DNA from: Azolla caroliniana
Lineage: Eukaryota > Plantae > Polypodiophyta
Assembly (NCBI GenBank): GCA_043228905.1
Contig: JBHGNT010000162.1
Coordinates: 1-63,298, forward strand
Length of the DNA: 63,298 bases
Reading direction: 5' to 3'
The position numbers and the translations under genes are program-made. The notes under the pieces are model-generated. The model searched no databases and was not told where the DNA came from. It saw nothing but the letters and a program-made list of their open reading frames with translations. This document shows positions 35,032 to 47,381 of the stretch, piece by piece; position 1 is the first letter of the stretch; every line of letters starts with the position of its first letter.

Positions 35032-35817
35032 TTAGAAGCGACGAATACAAGCACGAGGGCGAAGATCGCACTGTTGGAGTAGGCGGGAGGCGGCGACGCC
35101 TAGAGCTCTTTCCTCGTCATCGGCCTTGAATTGGCGACGTTGTTGACGTTCGTCCTCTTGTCGTCGAGACATGCGGTGGCGGCGTTCGTCACCCTCTCGT
35201 CGCTCACGGCTGCTATCTCTCTCGCGCTCCTCGTCCTCTTCCTCCCAGCTACGGTGTTCCCTTGATTGTTGGCCATGGCGTCGGCCTTCATCATTGCGTC
35301 GTTCCTCCTCGTCAGCATACAAGGCATCACGTAGGCGATCGCATCGATCTTCGGCGGGGATTCGTTCGACGTTCCTGCAGCACCGTTCCGAGGGTCTTGA
35401 GTATCGAGTGTTTTCGATCCATGGGGAGCGACGTCCTTGTTCACCTTCCTCTCTTTCGGAGCGCTCTTGTAGCTCTCGGATCTGCTTGTCGATGAAATCA
35501 CCGCACTCTCGCCTCAGTTCCTCGTCACGTGGCTCATCGCGACCACGGCTACGACGTTCCCTTTCCTCTTCGGAGTCTCTCTTGTTGTCTCTGTAGCGGC
35601 GCCCCTCCTCAAGGAACCCCTCACGACGTCGCTCGCGCCTCTCGTCATCGCACTCCCCCTCTCGGCGTCGGTCGCGCCTCTCCTCGTCAATGTCTCCCTC
35701 ACGACGTCGATCGCGTCGCTCCTCTTCACGGTCCCGCCCTACAGACCTAGCATTGGCCGCGGTACACGCGGCGAGCATGATCACGGCCATGAGGAATACG
35801 GAAGTAAGCTTTGCCAT
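35032..35817 (-). CDS. 2S albumin-like storage protein, copy 17
   Basis: Intact 261-aa ORF, consensus protein. Confidence 0.85.
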   Translation of the reverse strand: MAKLTSVFLMAVIMLAACTAANARSVGRDREEERRDRRREGDIDEERRDRRREGECDDERRERRREGFLEEGRRYRDNKRDSEEERERRSRGRDEPRDEELRRECGDFIDKQIRELQERSEREEGEQGRRSPWIENTRYSRPSERCCRNVERIPAEDRCDRLRDALYADEEERRNDEGRRHGQQSREHRSWEEEDEERERDSSRERREGDERRHRMSRRQEDERQQRRQFKADDEERALGVAASRLLQQCDLRPRACIRRF

Positions 35818-36683
35818 TGCGATTGTCCTTATGATCCCGGTGCTTGTCTCCTAATGGATTGTATTGACATTGCTCCCTCCACCTTTAATATATCCACATG
35901 GCCATGCAATCAGAGCACATGCATGTCACTCACCACTCCCATTACCATAACGTGTGTGTCCCTGCGTACAACTCTTGCCCAAGACCCATACCAACTAGTC
36001 CACCCTCCCACACGTCTAGGCTAGTCCTAGGTGTCGTATTGTCACCAGACAATCTGGGCGCAACCTGTGGCGGGTACTCCTCCTCCTCCTCGCGCGAGAG
36101 CTTGTCGAGCAACATAACATTTATACATACGTAGGTAGATGTGCGCACTCGCGCGTGCGCGTAGGGGTGTGCGGGCACGTGCACATTAAACTAGCACGCG
36201 CTAGTGCCGAGACACTAAGCACGCGGAGGCTACTGCGGGACGAGTGGTGGCTCCCGAGTGTGCTACATCGATGAACGTAGATAGACCGGTGTCCGTACTC
36301 GCTCGTTCGGACGAGGGGTTGGTAACGACGACGACAAGGAAAGCTAACCGGACTACCACACTAGGAGTGTCCTATCGGGCAAGTGTGGAAGCAAGTTCAC
36401 ATTCGCCGCGTGTACAAGTTGACCTTAGCCGTTGCCGTGGCGTGTGCGGTATGGGTGGGTGTTCCGCTTTGATGTTTTTTTTCCGTTTGGGTGGTTTGCG
36501 GTCCCTATAGGCAAATTCTATACGTTGGTGGTCGTGTCTACGTTCGTGTTGGAGGGACGTTGGTGCTCGTGTTTACGTTCGTGTGGGTGTAATGCGCGAT
36601 TGGGGAGACGCACTTGTTCGTAAACACTTACGAGAAATTAGAGAGAGACCACGAGAATAATTTGAACAAGGTTTATGTACTAT

Positions 36684-37469
36684 TTAGAAGCGACGAATAC
36701 AAGCACGAGGGCGAAGATCGCACTGTTGGAGTAGGCGGGAGGCGGCGACGCCTAGAGCTCTTTCCTCGTCATCGGCCTTGAATTGGCGACGTTGTTGACG
36801 TTCGTCCTCTTGTCGTCGAGACATGCGGTGGCGGCGTTCGTCACCCTCTCGTCGCTCACGGCTGCTATCTCTCTCGCGCTCCTCGTCCTCTTCCTCCCAG
36901 CTACGGTGTTCCCTTGATTGTTGGCCATGGCGTCGGCCTTCATCATTGCGTCGTTCCTCCTCGTCAGCATACAAGGCATCACGTAGGCGATCGCATCGAT
37001 CTTCGGCGGGGATTCGTTCGACGTTCCTGCAGCACCGTTCCGAGGGTCTTGAGTATCGAGTGTTTTCGATCCATGGGGAGCGACGTCCTTGTTCACCTTC
37101 CTCTCTTTCGGAGCGCTCTTGTAGCTCTCGGATCTGCTTGTCGATGAAATCACCGCACTCTCGCCTCAGTTCCTCGTCACGTGGCTCATCGCGACCACGG
37201 CTACGACGTTCCCTTTCCTCTTCGGAGTCTCTCTTGTTGTCTCTGTAGCGGCGCCCCTCCTCAAGGAACCCCTCACGACGTCGCTCACGCCTCTCGTCAT
37301 CGCACTCCCCCTCTCGGCGTCGGTCGCGCCTCTCCTCGTCAATGTCTCCCTCACGACGTCGATCGCGTCGCTCCTCTTCACGGTCCCGCCCTACAGACCT
37401 AGCATTGGCCGCGGTACACGCGGCGAGCATGATCACGGCCATGAGGAATACGGAAGTAAGCTTTGCCAT
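36684..37469 (-). CDS. 2S albumin-like storage protein, copy 18
   Basis: Intact 261-aa ORF with one private synonymous change. Confidence 0.85.
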   Translation of the reverse strand: MAKLTSVFLMAVIMLAACTAANARSVGRDREEERRDRRREGDIDEERRDRRREGECDDERRERRREGFLEEGRRYRDNKRDSEEERERRSRGRDEPRDEELRRECGDFIDKQIRELQERSEREEGEQGRRSPWIENTRYSRPSERCCRNVERIPAEDRCDRLRDALYADEEERRNDEGRRHGQQSREHRSWEEEDEERERDSSRERREGDERRHRMSRRQEDERQQRRQFKADDEERALGVAASRLLQQCDLRPRACIRRF

Positions 37470-38335
37470 TGCGATTGTCCTTATGATCCCGGTGCTTGTC
37501 TCCTAATGGATTGTATTGACATTGCTCCCTCCACCTTTAATATATACACATGGCCATGCAATCAGAGCACATGCATGTCACTCACCACTCCCATTACCAT
37601 AACGTGTGTGTCCCTGCGTACAACTCTTGCCCAAGACCCATACCAACTAGTCCACCCTCCCACACGTCTAGGCTAGTCCTAGGTGTCGTATTGTCACCAG
37701 ACAATCTGGGCGCAACCTGTGGCGGGTACTCCTCCTCCTCCTCGCGCGAGAGCTTGTCGAGCAACATAACATTTATACATACGTAGGTAGATGTGCGCAC
37801 TCGCGCGTGCGCGTAGGGGTGTGCGGGCACGTGCACATTAAACTAGCACGCGCTAGTGCCGAGACACTAAGCACGCGGAGGCTACTGCGGGACGAGTGGT
37901 GGCTCCCGAGTGTGCTACATCGATGAACGTAGATAGACCGGTGTCCGTACTCGCTCGTTCGGACGAGGGGTTGGTAACGACGACGACAAGGAAAGCTAAC
38001 CGGACTACCACACTAGGAGTGTCCTATCGGGCAAGTGTGGAAGCAAGTTCACATTCGCCGCGTGTACAAGTTGACCTTAGCCGTTGCCGTGGCGTGTGCG
38101 GTATGGGTGGGTGTTCCGCTTTGATGTTTTTTTTCCGTTTGGGTGGTTTGCGGTCCCTATAGGCAAATTCTATACGTTGGTGGTCGTGTCTACGTTCGTG
38201 TTGGAGGGACGTTGGTGCTCGTGTTTACGTTCGTGTGGGTGTAATGCGCGATTGGGGAGACGCACTTGTTCGTAAACACTTACGAGAAATTAGAGAGAGA
38301 CCACGAGAATAATTTGAACAAGGTTTATGTACTAT

Positions 38336-39121
38336 TTAGAAGCGACGAATACAAGCACGAGGGCGAAGATCGCACTGTTGGAGTAGGCGGGAGGCGGCGA
38401 CGCCTAGAGCTCTTTCCTCGTCATCGGCCTTGAATTGGCGACGTTGTTGACGTTCGTCCTCTTGTCGTCGAGACATGCGGTGGCGGCGTTCGTCACCCTC
38501 TCGTCGCTCACGGCTGCTATCTCTCTCGCGCTCCTCGTCCTCTTCCTCCCAGCTACGGTGTTCCCTTGATTGTTGGCCATGGCGTCGGCCTTCATCATTG
38601 CGTCGTTCCTCCTCGTCAGCATACAAGGCATCACGTAGGCGATCGCATCGATCTTCGGCGGGGATTCGTTCGACGTTCCTGCAGCACCGTTCCGAGGGTC
38701 TTGAGTATCGAGTGTTTTCGATCCATGGGGAGCGACGTCCTTGTTCACCTTCCTCTCTTTCGGAGCGCTCTTGTAGCTCTCGGATCTGCTTGTCGATGAA
38801 ATCACCGCACTCTCGCCTCAGTTCCTCGTCACGTGGCTCATCGCGACCACGGCTACGACGTTCCCTTTCCTCTTCGGAGTCTCTCTTGTTGTCTCTGTAG
38901 CGGCGCCCCTCCTCAAGGAACCCCTCACGACGTCGCTCGCGCCTCTCGTCATCGCACTCCCCCTCTCGGCGTCGGTCGCGCCTCTCCTCGTCAATGTCTC
39001 CCTCACGACGTCGATCGCGTCGCTCCTCTTCACGGTCCCGCCCTACAGACCTAGCATTGGCCGCGGTACACGCGGCGAGCATGATCACGGCCATGAGGAA
39101 TACGGAAGTAAGCTTTGCCAT
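38336..39121 (-). CDS. 2S albumin-like storage protein, copy 19
   Basis: Intact 261-aa ORF, consensus protein. Confidence 0.85.
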   Translation of the reverse strand: MAKLTSVFLMAVIMLAACTAANARSVGRDREEERRDRRREGDIDEERRDRRREGECDDERRERRREGFLEEGRRYRDNKRDSEEERERRSRGRDEPRDEELRRECGDFIDKQIRELQERSEREEGEQGRRSPWIENTRYSRPSERCCRNVERIPAEDRCDRLRDALYADEEERRNDEGRRHGQQSREHRSWEEEDEERERDSSRERREGDERRHRMSRRQEDERQQRRQFKADDEERALGVAASRLLQQCDLRPRACIRRF

Positions 39122-39987
39122 TGCGATTGTCCTTATGATCCCGGTGCTTGTCTCCTAATGGATTGTATTGACATTGCTCCCTCCACCTTTAATATATACA
39201 CATGGCCATGCAATCAGAGCACATGCATGTCACTCACCACTCCCATTACCATAACGTGTGTGTCCCTGCGTACAACTCTTGCCCAAGACCCATACCAACT
39301 AGTCCACCCTCCCACACGTCTAGGCTAGTCCTAGGTGTCGTATTGTCACCAGACAATCTGGGCGCAACCTGTGGCGGGTACTCCTCCTCCTCCTCGCGCG
39401 AGAGCTTGTCGAGCAACATAACATTTATACATACGTAGGTAGATGTGCGCACTCGCGCGTGCGCGTAGGGGTGTGCGGGCACGTGCACATTAAACTAGCA
39501 CGCGCTAGTGCCGAGACACTAAGCACGCGGAGGCTACTGCGGGACGAGTGGTGGCTCCCGAGTGTGCTACATCGATGAACGTAGATAGACCGGTGTCCGT
39601 ACTCGCTCGTTCGGACGAGGGGTTGGTAACGACGACGACAAGGAAAGCTAACCGGACTACCACACTAGGAGTGTCCTATCGGGCAAGTGTGGAAGCAAGT
39701 TCACATTCGCCGCGTGTACAAGTTGACCTTAGCCGTTGCCGTGGCGTGTGCGGTATGGGTGGGTGTTCCGCTTTGATGTTTTTTTTCCGTTTGGGTGGTT
39801 TGCGGTCCCTATAGGCAAATTCTATACGTTGGTGGTCGTGTCTACGTTCGTGTTGGAGGGACGTTGGTGCTCGTGTTTACGTTCGTGTGGGTGTAATGCG
39901 CGATTGGGGAGACGCACTTGTTCGTAAACACTTACGAGAAATTAGAGAGAGACCACGAGAATAATTTGAACAAGGTTTATGTACTAT

Positions 39988-40773
39988 TTAGAAGCGACGA
40001 ATACAAGCACGAGGGCGAAGATCGCACTGTTGGAGTAGGCGGGAGGCGGCGACGCCTAGAGCTCTTTCCTCGTCATCGGCCTTGAATTGGCGACGTTGTT
40101 GACGTTCGTCCTCTTGTCGTCGAGACATGCGGTGGCGGCGTTCGTCACCCTCTCGTCGCTCACGGCTGCTATCTCTCTCGCGCTCCTCGTCCTCTTCCTC
40201 CCAGCTACGGTGTTCCCTTGATTGTTGGCCATGGCGTCGGCCTTCATCATTGCGTCGTTCCTCCTCGTCAGCATACAAGGCATCACGTAGGCGATCGCAT
40301 CGATCTTCGGCGGGGATTCGTTCGACGTTCCTGCAGCACCGTTCCGAGGGTCTTGAGTATCGAGTGTTTTCGATCCATGGGGAGCGACGTCCTTGTTCAC
40401 CTTCCTCTCTTTCGGAGCGCTCTTGTAGCTCTCGGATCTGCTTGTCGATGAAATCACCGCACTCTCGCCTCAGTTCCTCGTCACGTGGCTCATCGCGACC
40501 ACGGCTACGACGTTCCCTTTCCTCTTCGGAGTCTCTCTTGTTGTCTCTGTAGCGGCGCCCCTCCTCAAGGAACCCCTCACGACGTCGCTCGCGCCTCTCG
40601 TCATCGCACTCCCCCTCTCGGCGTCGGTCGCGCCTCTCCTCGTCAATGTCTCCCTCACGACGTCGATCGCGTCGCTCCTCTTCACGGTCCCGCCCTACAG
40701 ACCTAGCATTGGCCGCGGTACACGCGGCGAGCATGATCACGGCCATGAGGAATACGGAAGTAAGCTTTGCCAT
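39988..40773 (-). CDS. 2S albumin-like storage protein, copy 20
   Basis: Intact 261-aa ORF, consensus protein. Confidence 0.85.
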   Translation of the reverse strand: MAKLTSVFLMAVIMLAACTAANARSVGRDREEERRDRRREGDIDEERRDRRREGECDDERRERRREGFLEEGRRYRDNKRDSEEERERRSRGRDEPRDEELRRECGDFIDKQIRELQERSEREEGEQGRRSPWIENTRYSRPSERCCRNVERIPAEDRCDRLRDALYADEEERRNDEGRRHGQQSREHRSWEEEDEERERDSSRERREGDERRHRMSRRQEDERQQRRQFKADDEERALGVAASRLLQQCDLRPRACIRRF

Positions 40774-41639
40774 TGCGATTGTCCTTATGATCCCGGTGCT
40801 TGTCTCCTAATGGATTGTATTGACATTGCTCCCTCCACCTTTAATATATACACATGGCCATGCAATCAGAGCACATGCATGTCACTCACCACTCCCATTA
40901 CCATAACGTGTGTGTCCCTGCGTACAACTCTTGCCCAAGACCCATACCAACTAGTCCACCCTCCCACACGTCTAGGCTAGTCCTAGGTGTCGTATTGTCA
41001 CCAGACAATCTGGGCGCAACCTGTGGCGGGTACTCCTCCTCCTCCTCGCGCGAGAGCTTGTCGAGCAACATAACATTTATACATACGTAGGTAGATGTGC
41101 GCACTCGCGCGTGCGCGTAGGGGTGTGCGGGCACGTGCACATTAAACTAGCACGCGCTAGTGCCGAGACACTAAGCACGCGGAGGCTACTGCGGGACGAG
41201 TGGTGGCTCCCGAGTGTGCTACATCGATGAACGTAGATAGACCGGTGTCCGTACTCGCTCGTTCGGACGAGGGGTTGGTAACGACGACGACAAGGAAAGC
41301 TAACCGGACTACCACACTAGGAGTGTCCTATCGGGCAAGTGTGGAAGCAAGTTCACATTCGCCGCGTGTACAAGTTGACCTTAGCCGTTGCCGTGGCGTG
41401 TGCGGTATGGGTGGGTGTTCCGCTTTGATGTTTTTTTTCCGTTTGGGTGGTTTGCGGTCCCTATAGGCAAATTCTATACGTTGGTGGTCGTGTCTACGTT
41501 CGTGTTGGAGGGACGTTGGTGCTCGTGTTTACGTTCGTGTGGGTGTAATGCGCGATTGGGGAGACGCACTTGTTCGTAAACACTTACGAGAAATTAGAGA
41601 GAGACCACGAGAATAATTTGAACAAGGTTTATGTACTAT

Positions 41640-42425
41640 TTAGAAGCGACGAATACAAGCACGAGGGCGAAGATCGCACTGTTGGAGTAGGCGGGAGGCG
41701 GCGACGCCTAGAGCTCTTTCCTCGTCATCGGCCTTGAATTGGCGACGTTGTTGACGTTCGTCCTCTTGTCGTCGAGACATGCGGTGGCGGCGTTCGTCAC
41801 CCTCTCGTCGCTCACGGCTGCTATCTCTCTCGCGCTCCTCGTCCTCTTCCTCCCAGCTACGGTGTTCCCTTGATTGTTGGCCATGGCGTCGGCCTTCATC
41901 ATTGCGTCGTTCCTCCTCGTCAGCATACAAGGCATCACGTAGGCGATCGCATCGATCTTCGGCGGGGATTCGTTCGACGTTCCTGCAGCACCGTTCCGAG
42001 GGTCTTGAGTATCGAGTGTTTTCGATCCATGGGGAGCGACGTCCTTGTTCACCTTCCTCTCTTTCGGAGCGCTCTTGTAGCTCTCGGATCTGCTTGTCGA
42101 TGAAATCACCGCACTCTCGCCTCAGTTCCTCGTCACGTGGCTCATCGCGACCACGGCTACGACGTTCCCTTTCCTCTTCGGAGTCTCTCTTGTTGTCTCT
42201 GTAGCGGCGCCCCTCCTCAAGGAACCCCTCACGACGTCGCTCGCGCCTCTCGTCATCGCACTCCCCCTCTCGGCGTCGGTCGCGCCTCTCCTCGTCAATG
42301 TCTCCCTCACGACGTCGATCGCGTCGCTCCTCTTCACGGTCCCGCCCTACAGACCTAGCATTGGCCGCGGTACACGCGGCGAGCATGATCACGGCCATGA
42401 GGAATACGGAAGTAAGCTTTGCCAT
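41640..42425 (-). CDS. 2S albumin-like storage protein, copy 21
   Basis: Intact 261-aa ORF, consensus protein. Confidence 0.85.
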   Translation of the reverse strand: MAKLTSVFLMAVIMLAACTAANARSVGRDREEERRDRRREGDIDEERRDRRREGECDDERRERRREGFLEEGRRYRDNKRDSEEERERRSRGRDEPRDEELRRECGDFIDKQIRELQERSEREEGEQGRRSPWIENTRYSRPSERCCRNVERIPAEDRCDRLRDALYADEEERRNDEGRRHGQQSREHRSWEEEDEERERDSSRERREGDERRHRMSRRQEDERQQRRQFKADDEERALGVAASRLLQQCDLRPRACIRRF

Positions 42426-43291
42426 TGCGATTGTCCTTATGATCCCGGTGCTTGTCTCCTAATGGATTGTATTGACATTGCTCCCTCCACCTTTAATATA
42501 TACACATGGCCATGCAATCAGAGCACATGCATGTCACTCACCACTCCCATTACCATAACGTGTGTGTCCCTGCGTACAACTCTTGCCCAAGACCCATACC
42601 AACTAGTCCACCCTCCCACACGTCTAGGCTAGTCCTAGGTGTCGTATTGTCACCAGACAATCTGGGCGCAACCTGTGGCGGGTACTCCTCCTCCTCCTCG
42701 CGCGAGAGCTTGTCGAGCAACATAACATTTATACATACGTAGGTAGATGTGCGCACTCGCGCGTGCGCGTAGGGGTGTGCGGGCACGTGCACATTAAACT
42801 AGCACGCGCTAGCGCCGAGACACTAAGCACGCGGAGGCTACTGCGGGACGAGTGGTGGCTCCCGAGTGTGCTACATCGATGAACGTAGATAGACCGGTGT
42901 CCGTACTCGCTCGTTCGGACGAGGGGTTGGTAACGACGACGACAAGGAAAGCTAACCGGACTACCACACTAGGAGTGTCCTATCGGGCAAGTGTGGAAGC
43001 AAGTTCACATTCGCCGCGTGTACAAGTTGACCTTAGCCGTTGCCGTGGCGTGTGCGGTATGGGTGGGTGTTCCGCTTTGATGTTTTTTTTCCGTTTGGGT
43101 GGTTTGCGGTCCCTATAGGCAAATTCTATACGTTGGTGGTCGTGTCTACGTTCGTGTTGGAGGGACGTTGGTGCTCGTGTTTACGTTCGTGTGGGTGTAA
43201 TGCGCGATTGGGGAGACGCACTTGTTCGTAAACACTTACGAGAAATTAGAGAGAGACCACGAGAATAATTTGAACAAGGTTTATGTACTAT

Positions 43292-44077
43292 TTAGAAGCG
43301 ACGAATACAAGCACGAGGGCGAAGATCGCACTGTTGGAGTAGGCGGGAGGCGGCGACGCCTAGAGCTCTTTCCTCGTCATCGGCCTTGAATTGGCGACGT
43401 TGTTGACGTTCGTCCTCTTGTCGTCGAGACATGCGGTGGCGGCGTTCGTCACCCTCTCGTCGCTCACGGCTGCTATCTCTCTCGCGCTCCTCGTCCTCTT
43501 CCTCCCAGCTACGGTGTTCCCTTGATTGTTGGCCATGGCGTCGGCCTTCATCATTGCGTCGTTCCTCCTCGTCAGCATACAAGGCATCACGTAGGCGATC
43601 GCATCGATCTTCGGCGGGGATTCGTTCGACGTTCCTGCAGCACCGTTCCGAGGGTCTTGAGTATCGAGTGTTTTCGATCCATGGGGAGCGACGTCCTTGT
43701 TCACCTTCCTCTCTTTCGGAGCGCTCTTGTAGCTCTCGGATCTGCTTGTCGATGAAATCACCGCACTCTCGCCTCAGTTCCTCGTCACGTGGCTCATCGC
43801 GACCACGGCTACGACGTTCCCTTTCCTCTTCGGAGTCTCTCTTGTTGTCTCTGTAGCGGCGCCCCTCCTCAAGGAACCCCTCACGACGTCGCTCGCGCCT
43901 CTCGTCATCGCACTCCCCCTCTCGGCGTCGGTCGCGCCTCTCCTCGTCAATGTCTCCCTCACGACGTCGATCGCGTCGCTCCTCTTCACGGTCCCGCCCT
44001 ACAGACCTAGCATTGGCCGCGGTACACGCGGCGAGCATGATCACGGCCATGAGGAATACGGAAGTAAGCTTTGCCAT
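43292..44077 (-). CDS. 2S albumin-like storage protein, copy 22
   Basis: Intact 261-aa ORF, consensus protein. Confidence 0.85.
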   Translation of the reverse strand: MAKLTSVFLMAVIMLAACTAANARSVGRDREEERRDRRREGDIDEERRDRRREGECDDERRERRREGFLEEGRRYRDNKRDSEEERERRSRGRDEPRDEELRRECGDFIDKQIRELQERSEREEGEQGRRSPWIENTRYSRPSERCCRNVERIPAEDRCDRLRDALYADEEERRNDEGRRHGQQSREHRSWEEEDEERERDSSRERREGDERRHRMSRRQEDERQQRRQFKADDEERALGVAASRLLQQCDLRPRACIRRF

Positions 44078-44943
44078 TGCGATTGTCCTTATGATCCCGG
44101 TGCTTGTCTCCTAATGGATTGTATTGACATTGCTCCCTCCACCTTTAATATATACACATGGCCATGCAATCAGAGCACATGCATGTCACTCACCACTCCC
44201 ATTACCATAACGTGTGTGTCCCTGCGTACAACTCTTGCCCAAGACCCATACCAACTAGTCCACCCTCCCACACGTCTAGGCTAGTCCTAGGTGTCGTATT
44301 GTCACCAGACAATCTGGGCGCAACCTGTGGCGGGTACTCCTCCTCCTCCTCGCGCGAGAGCTTGTCGAGCAACATAACATTTATACATACGTAGGTAGAT
44401 GTGCGCACTCGCGCGTGCGCGTAGGGGTGTGCGGGCACGTGCACATTAAACTAGCACGCGCTAGTGCCGAGACACTAAGCACGCGGAGGCTACTGCGGGA
44501 CGAGTGGTGGCTCCCGAGTGTGCTACATCGATGAACGTAGATAGACCGGTGTCCGTACTCGCTCGTTCGGACGAGGGGTTGGTAACGACGACGACAAGGA
44601 AAGCTAACCGGACTACCACACTAGGAGTGTCCTATCGGGCAAGTGTGGAAGCAAGTTCACATTCGCCGCGTGTACAAGTTGACCTTAGCCGTTGCCGTGG
44701 CGTGTGCGGTATGGGTGGGTGTTCCGCTTTGATGTTTTTTTTCCGTTTGGGTGGTTTGCGGTCCCTATAGGCAAATTCTATACGTTGGTGGTCGTGTCTA
44801 CGTTCGTGTTGGAGGGACGTTGGTGCTCGTGTTTACGTTCGTGTGGGTGTAATGCGCGATTGGGGAGACGCACTTGTTCGTAAACACTTACGAGAAATTA
44901 GAGAGAGACCACGAGAATAATTTGAACAAGGTTTATGTACTAT

Positions 44944-45729
44944 TTAGAAGCGACGAATACAAGCACGAGGGCGAAGATCGCACTGTTGGAGTAGGCGGGA
45001 GGCGGCGACGCCTAGAGCTCTTTCCTCGTCATCGGCCTTGAATTGGCGACGTTGTTGACGTTCGTCTTCTTGTCGTCGAGACATGCGGTGGCGGCGTTCG
45101 TCACCCTCTCGTCGCTCACGGCTGCTATCTCTCTCGCGCTCCTCGTCCTCTTCCTCCCAGCTACGGTGTTCCCTTGATTGTTGGCCATGGCGTCGGCCTT
45201 CATCATTGCGTCGTTCCTCCTCGTCAGCATACAAGGCATCACGTAGGCGATCGCATCGATCTTCGGCGGGGATTCGTTCGACGTTCCTGCAGCACCGTTC
45301 CGAGGGTCTTGAGTATCGAGTGTTTTCGATCCATGGGGAGCGACGTCCTTGTTCACCTTCCTCTCTTTCGGAGCGCTCTTGTAGCTCTCGGATCTGCTTG
45401 TCGATGAAATCACCGCACTCTCGCCTCAGTTCCTCGTCACGTGGCTCATCGCGACCACGGCTACGACGTTCCCTTTCCTCTTCGGAGTCTCTCTTGTTGT
45501 CTCTGTAGCGGCGCCCCTCCTCAAGGAACCCCTCACGACGTCGCTCGCGCCTCTCGTCATCGCACTCCCCCTCTCGGCGTCGGTCGCGCCTCTCCTCGTC
45601 AATGTCTCCCTCACGACGTCGATCGCGTCGCTCCTCTTCACGGTCCCGCCCTACAGACCTAGCATTGGCCGCGGTACACGCGGCGAGCATGATCACGGCC
45701 ATGAGGAATACGGAAGTAAGCTTTGCCAT
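44944..45729 (-). CDS. 2S albumin-like storage protein, copy 23
   Basis: Intact 261-aa ORF with one private synonymous change. Confidence 0.85.
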   Translation of the reverse strand: MAKLTSVFLMAVIMLAACTAANARSVGRDREEERRDRRREGDIDEERRDRRREGECDDERRERRREGFLEEGRRYRDNKRDSEEERERRSRGRDEPRDEELRRECGDFIDKQIRELQERSEREEGEQGRRSPWIENTRYSRPSERCCRNVERIPAEDRCDRLRDALYADEEERRNDEGRRHGQQSREHRSWEEEDEERERDSSRERREGDERRHRMSRRQEDERQQRRQFKADDEERALGVAASRLLQQCDLRPRACIRRF

Positions 45730-46595
45730 TGCGATTGTCCTTATGATCCCGGTGCTTGTCTCCTAATGGATTGTATTGACATTGCTCCCTCCACCTTTAA
45801 TATATACACATGGCCATGCAATCAGAGCACATGCATGTCACTCACCACTCCCATTACCATAACGTGTGTGTCCCTGCGTACAACTCTTGCCCAAGACCCA
45901 TACCAACTAGTCCACCCTCCCACACGTCTAGGCTAGTCCTAGGTGTCGTATTGTCACCAGACAATCTGGGCGCAACCTGTGGCGGGTACTCCTCCTCCTC
46001 CTCGCGCGAGAGCTTGTCGAGCAACATAACATTTATACATACGTAGGTAGATGTGCGCACTCGCGCGTGCGCGTAGGGGTGTGCGGGCACGTGCACATTA
46101 AACTAGCACGCGCTAGTGCCGAGACACTAAGCACGCGGAGGCTACTGCGGGACGAGTGGTGGCTCCCGAGTGTGCTACATCGATGAACGTAGATAGACCG
46201 GTGTCCGTACTCGCTCGTTCGGACGAGGGGTTGGTAACGACGACGACAAGGAAAGCTAACCGGACTACCACACTAGGAGTGTCCTATCGGGCAAGTGTGG
46301 AAGCAAGTTCACATTCGCCGCGTGTACAAGTTGACCTTAGCCGTTGCCGTGGCGTGTGCGGTATGGGTGGGTGTTCCGCTTTGATGTTTTTTTTCCGTTT
46401 GGGTGGTTTGCGGTCCCTATAGGCAAATTCTATACGTTGGTGGTCGTGTCTACGTTCGTGTTGGAGGGACGTTGGTGCTCGTGTTTACGTTCGTGTGGGT
46501 GTAATGCGCGATTGGGGAGACGCACTTGTTCGTAAACACTTACGAGAAATTAGAGAGAGACCACGAGAATAATTTGAACAAGGTTTATGTACTAT

Positions 46596-47381
46596 TTAGA
46601 AGCGACGAATACAAGCACGAGGGCGAAGATCGCACTGTTGGAGTAGGCGGGAGGCGGCGACGCCTAGAGCTCTTTCCTCGTCATCGGCCTTGAATTGGCG
46701 ACGTTGTTGACGTTCGTCCTCTTGTCGTCGAGACATGCGGTGGCGGCGTTCGTCACCCTCTCGTCGCTCACGGCTGCTATCTCTCTCGCGCTCCTCGTCC
46801 TCTTCCTCCCAGCTACGGTGTTCCCTTGATTGTTGGCCATGGCGTCGGCCTTCATCATTGCGTCGTTCCTCCTCGTCAGCATACAAGGCATCACGTAGGC
46901 GATCGCATCGATCTTCGGCGGGGATTCGTTCGACGTTCCTGCAGCACCGTTCCGAGGGTCTTGAGTATCGAGTGTTTTCGATCCATGGGGAGCGACGTCC
47001 TTGTTCACCTTCCTCTCTTTCGGAGCGCTCTTGTAGCTCTCGGATCTGCTTGTCGATGAAATCACCGCACTCTCGCCTCAGTTCCTCGTCACGTGGCTCA
47101 TCGCGACCACGGCTACGACGTTCCCTTTCCTCTTCGGAGTCTCTCTTGTTGTCTCTGTAGCGGCGCCCCTCCTCAAGGAACCCCTCACGACGTCGCTCGC
47201 GCCTCTCGTCATCGCACTCCCCCTCTCGGCGTCGATCGCGCCTCTCCTCGTCAATGTCTCCCTCACGACGTCGATCGCGTCGCTCCTCTTCACGGTCCCG
47301 CCCTACAGACCTAGCATTGGCCGCGGTACACGCGGCGAGCATGATCACGGCCATGAGGAATACGGAAGTAAGCTTTGCCAT
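46596..47381 (-). CDS. 2S albumin-like storage protein, copy 24
   Basis: Intact 261-aa ORF; first copy with the synonymous G>A at 47235. Confidence 0.85.
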   Translation of the reverse strand: MAKLTSVFLMAVIMLAACTAANARSVGRDREEERRDRRREGDIDEERRDRRREGECDDERRERRREGFLEEGRRYRDNKRDSEEERERRSRGRDEPRDEELRRECGDFIDKQIRELQERSEREEGEQGRRSPWIENTRYSRPSERCCRNVERIPAEDRCDRLRDALYADEEERRNDEGRRHGQQSREHRSWEEEDEERERDSSRERREGDERRHRMSRRQEDERQQRRQFKADDEERALGVAASRLLQQCDLRPRACIRRF

